DNA of 64,000 bases from Felis catus (taxonomy: Eukaryota): NCBI RefSeq assembly GCF_018350175.1, contig NC_058373.1, positions 104,906,001 to 104,970,000 on the forward strand, read 5' to 3'. This document shows, piece by piece, positions 63,901 through 64,000 of the stretch. The position numbers were made by a program, and so were the translations under genes. How positions within the stretch are numbered: position 1 is the stretch's first letter; each line of letters starts with the position of its first letter. The notes beneath the pieces were generated by a model. The model did not search any database. It had not been told where the DNA came from and worked only from the letters and a program-made list of their open reading frames with translations.

Positions 63901-64000
63901 GACACAGGATTAGGAGATATTTATTACATTATTTAAAAAAAAAAAAAAACTCAGCTAATAAATTAAGCCTGTTTACTTAGACCAACAAATAATGAGATAG

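Overview
Mammalian, almost certainly felid, genomic DNA, judged from abundant carnivore tRNA-derived SINEs including near-identical young SINEC_Fc-type copies. The whole window lies inside one minus-strand gene that I recognise from protein sequence as ARMH4 (C14orf37), a single-pass membrane protein with an acidic ectodomain. Two internal coding exons are present: 62193-61981 (213 nt) and 39154-38897 (258 nt). Both are phase 1-1 and splice in frame (..LEQLESE|EGEEDED..WEQQNQGL). The rest is intron, with about 49 Can-SINEs, L1/L2/MIR fragments, MLT1 LTRs, MER5/MER58/MER63 DNA transposons and microsatellites. Nearly all other ORFs in the track are repeat artefacts. I found no convincing new multi-gene system. 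The best leads are intronic and inferential: a CpG-rich candidate enhancer/CTCF site near 49 kb, a GC-gained patch in ancient repeats near 44 kb, a candidate 6-nt microexon or recursive splice site near 23.8 kb, a stop-free circRNA configuration, age-dependent SINE strand bias, and several rearranged or stacked SINE insertions. Repeat family names come from memory of consensus sequences and repeat boundaries are approximate.
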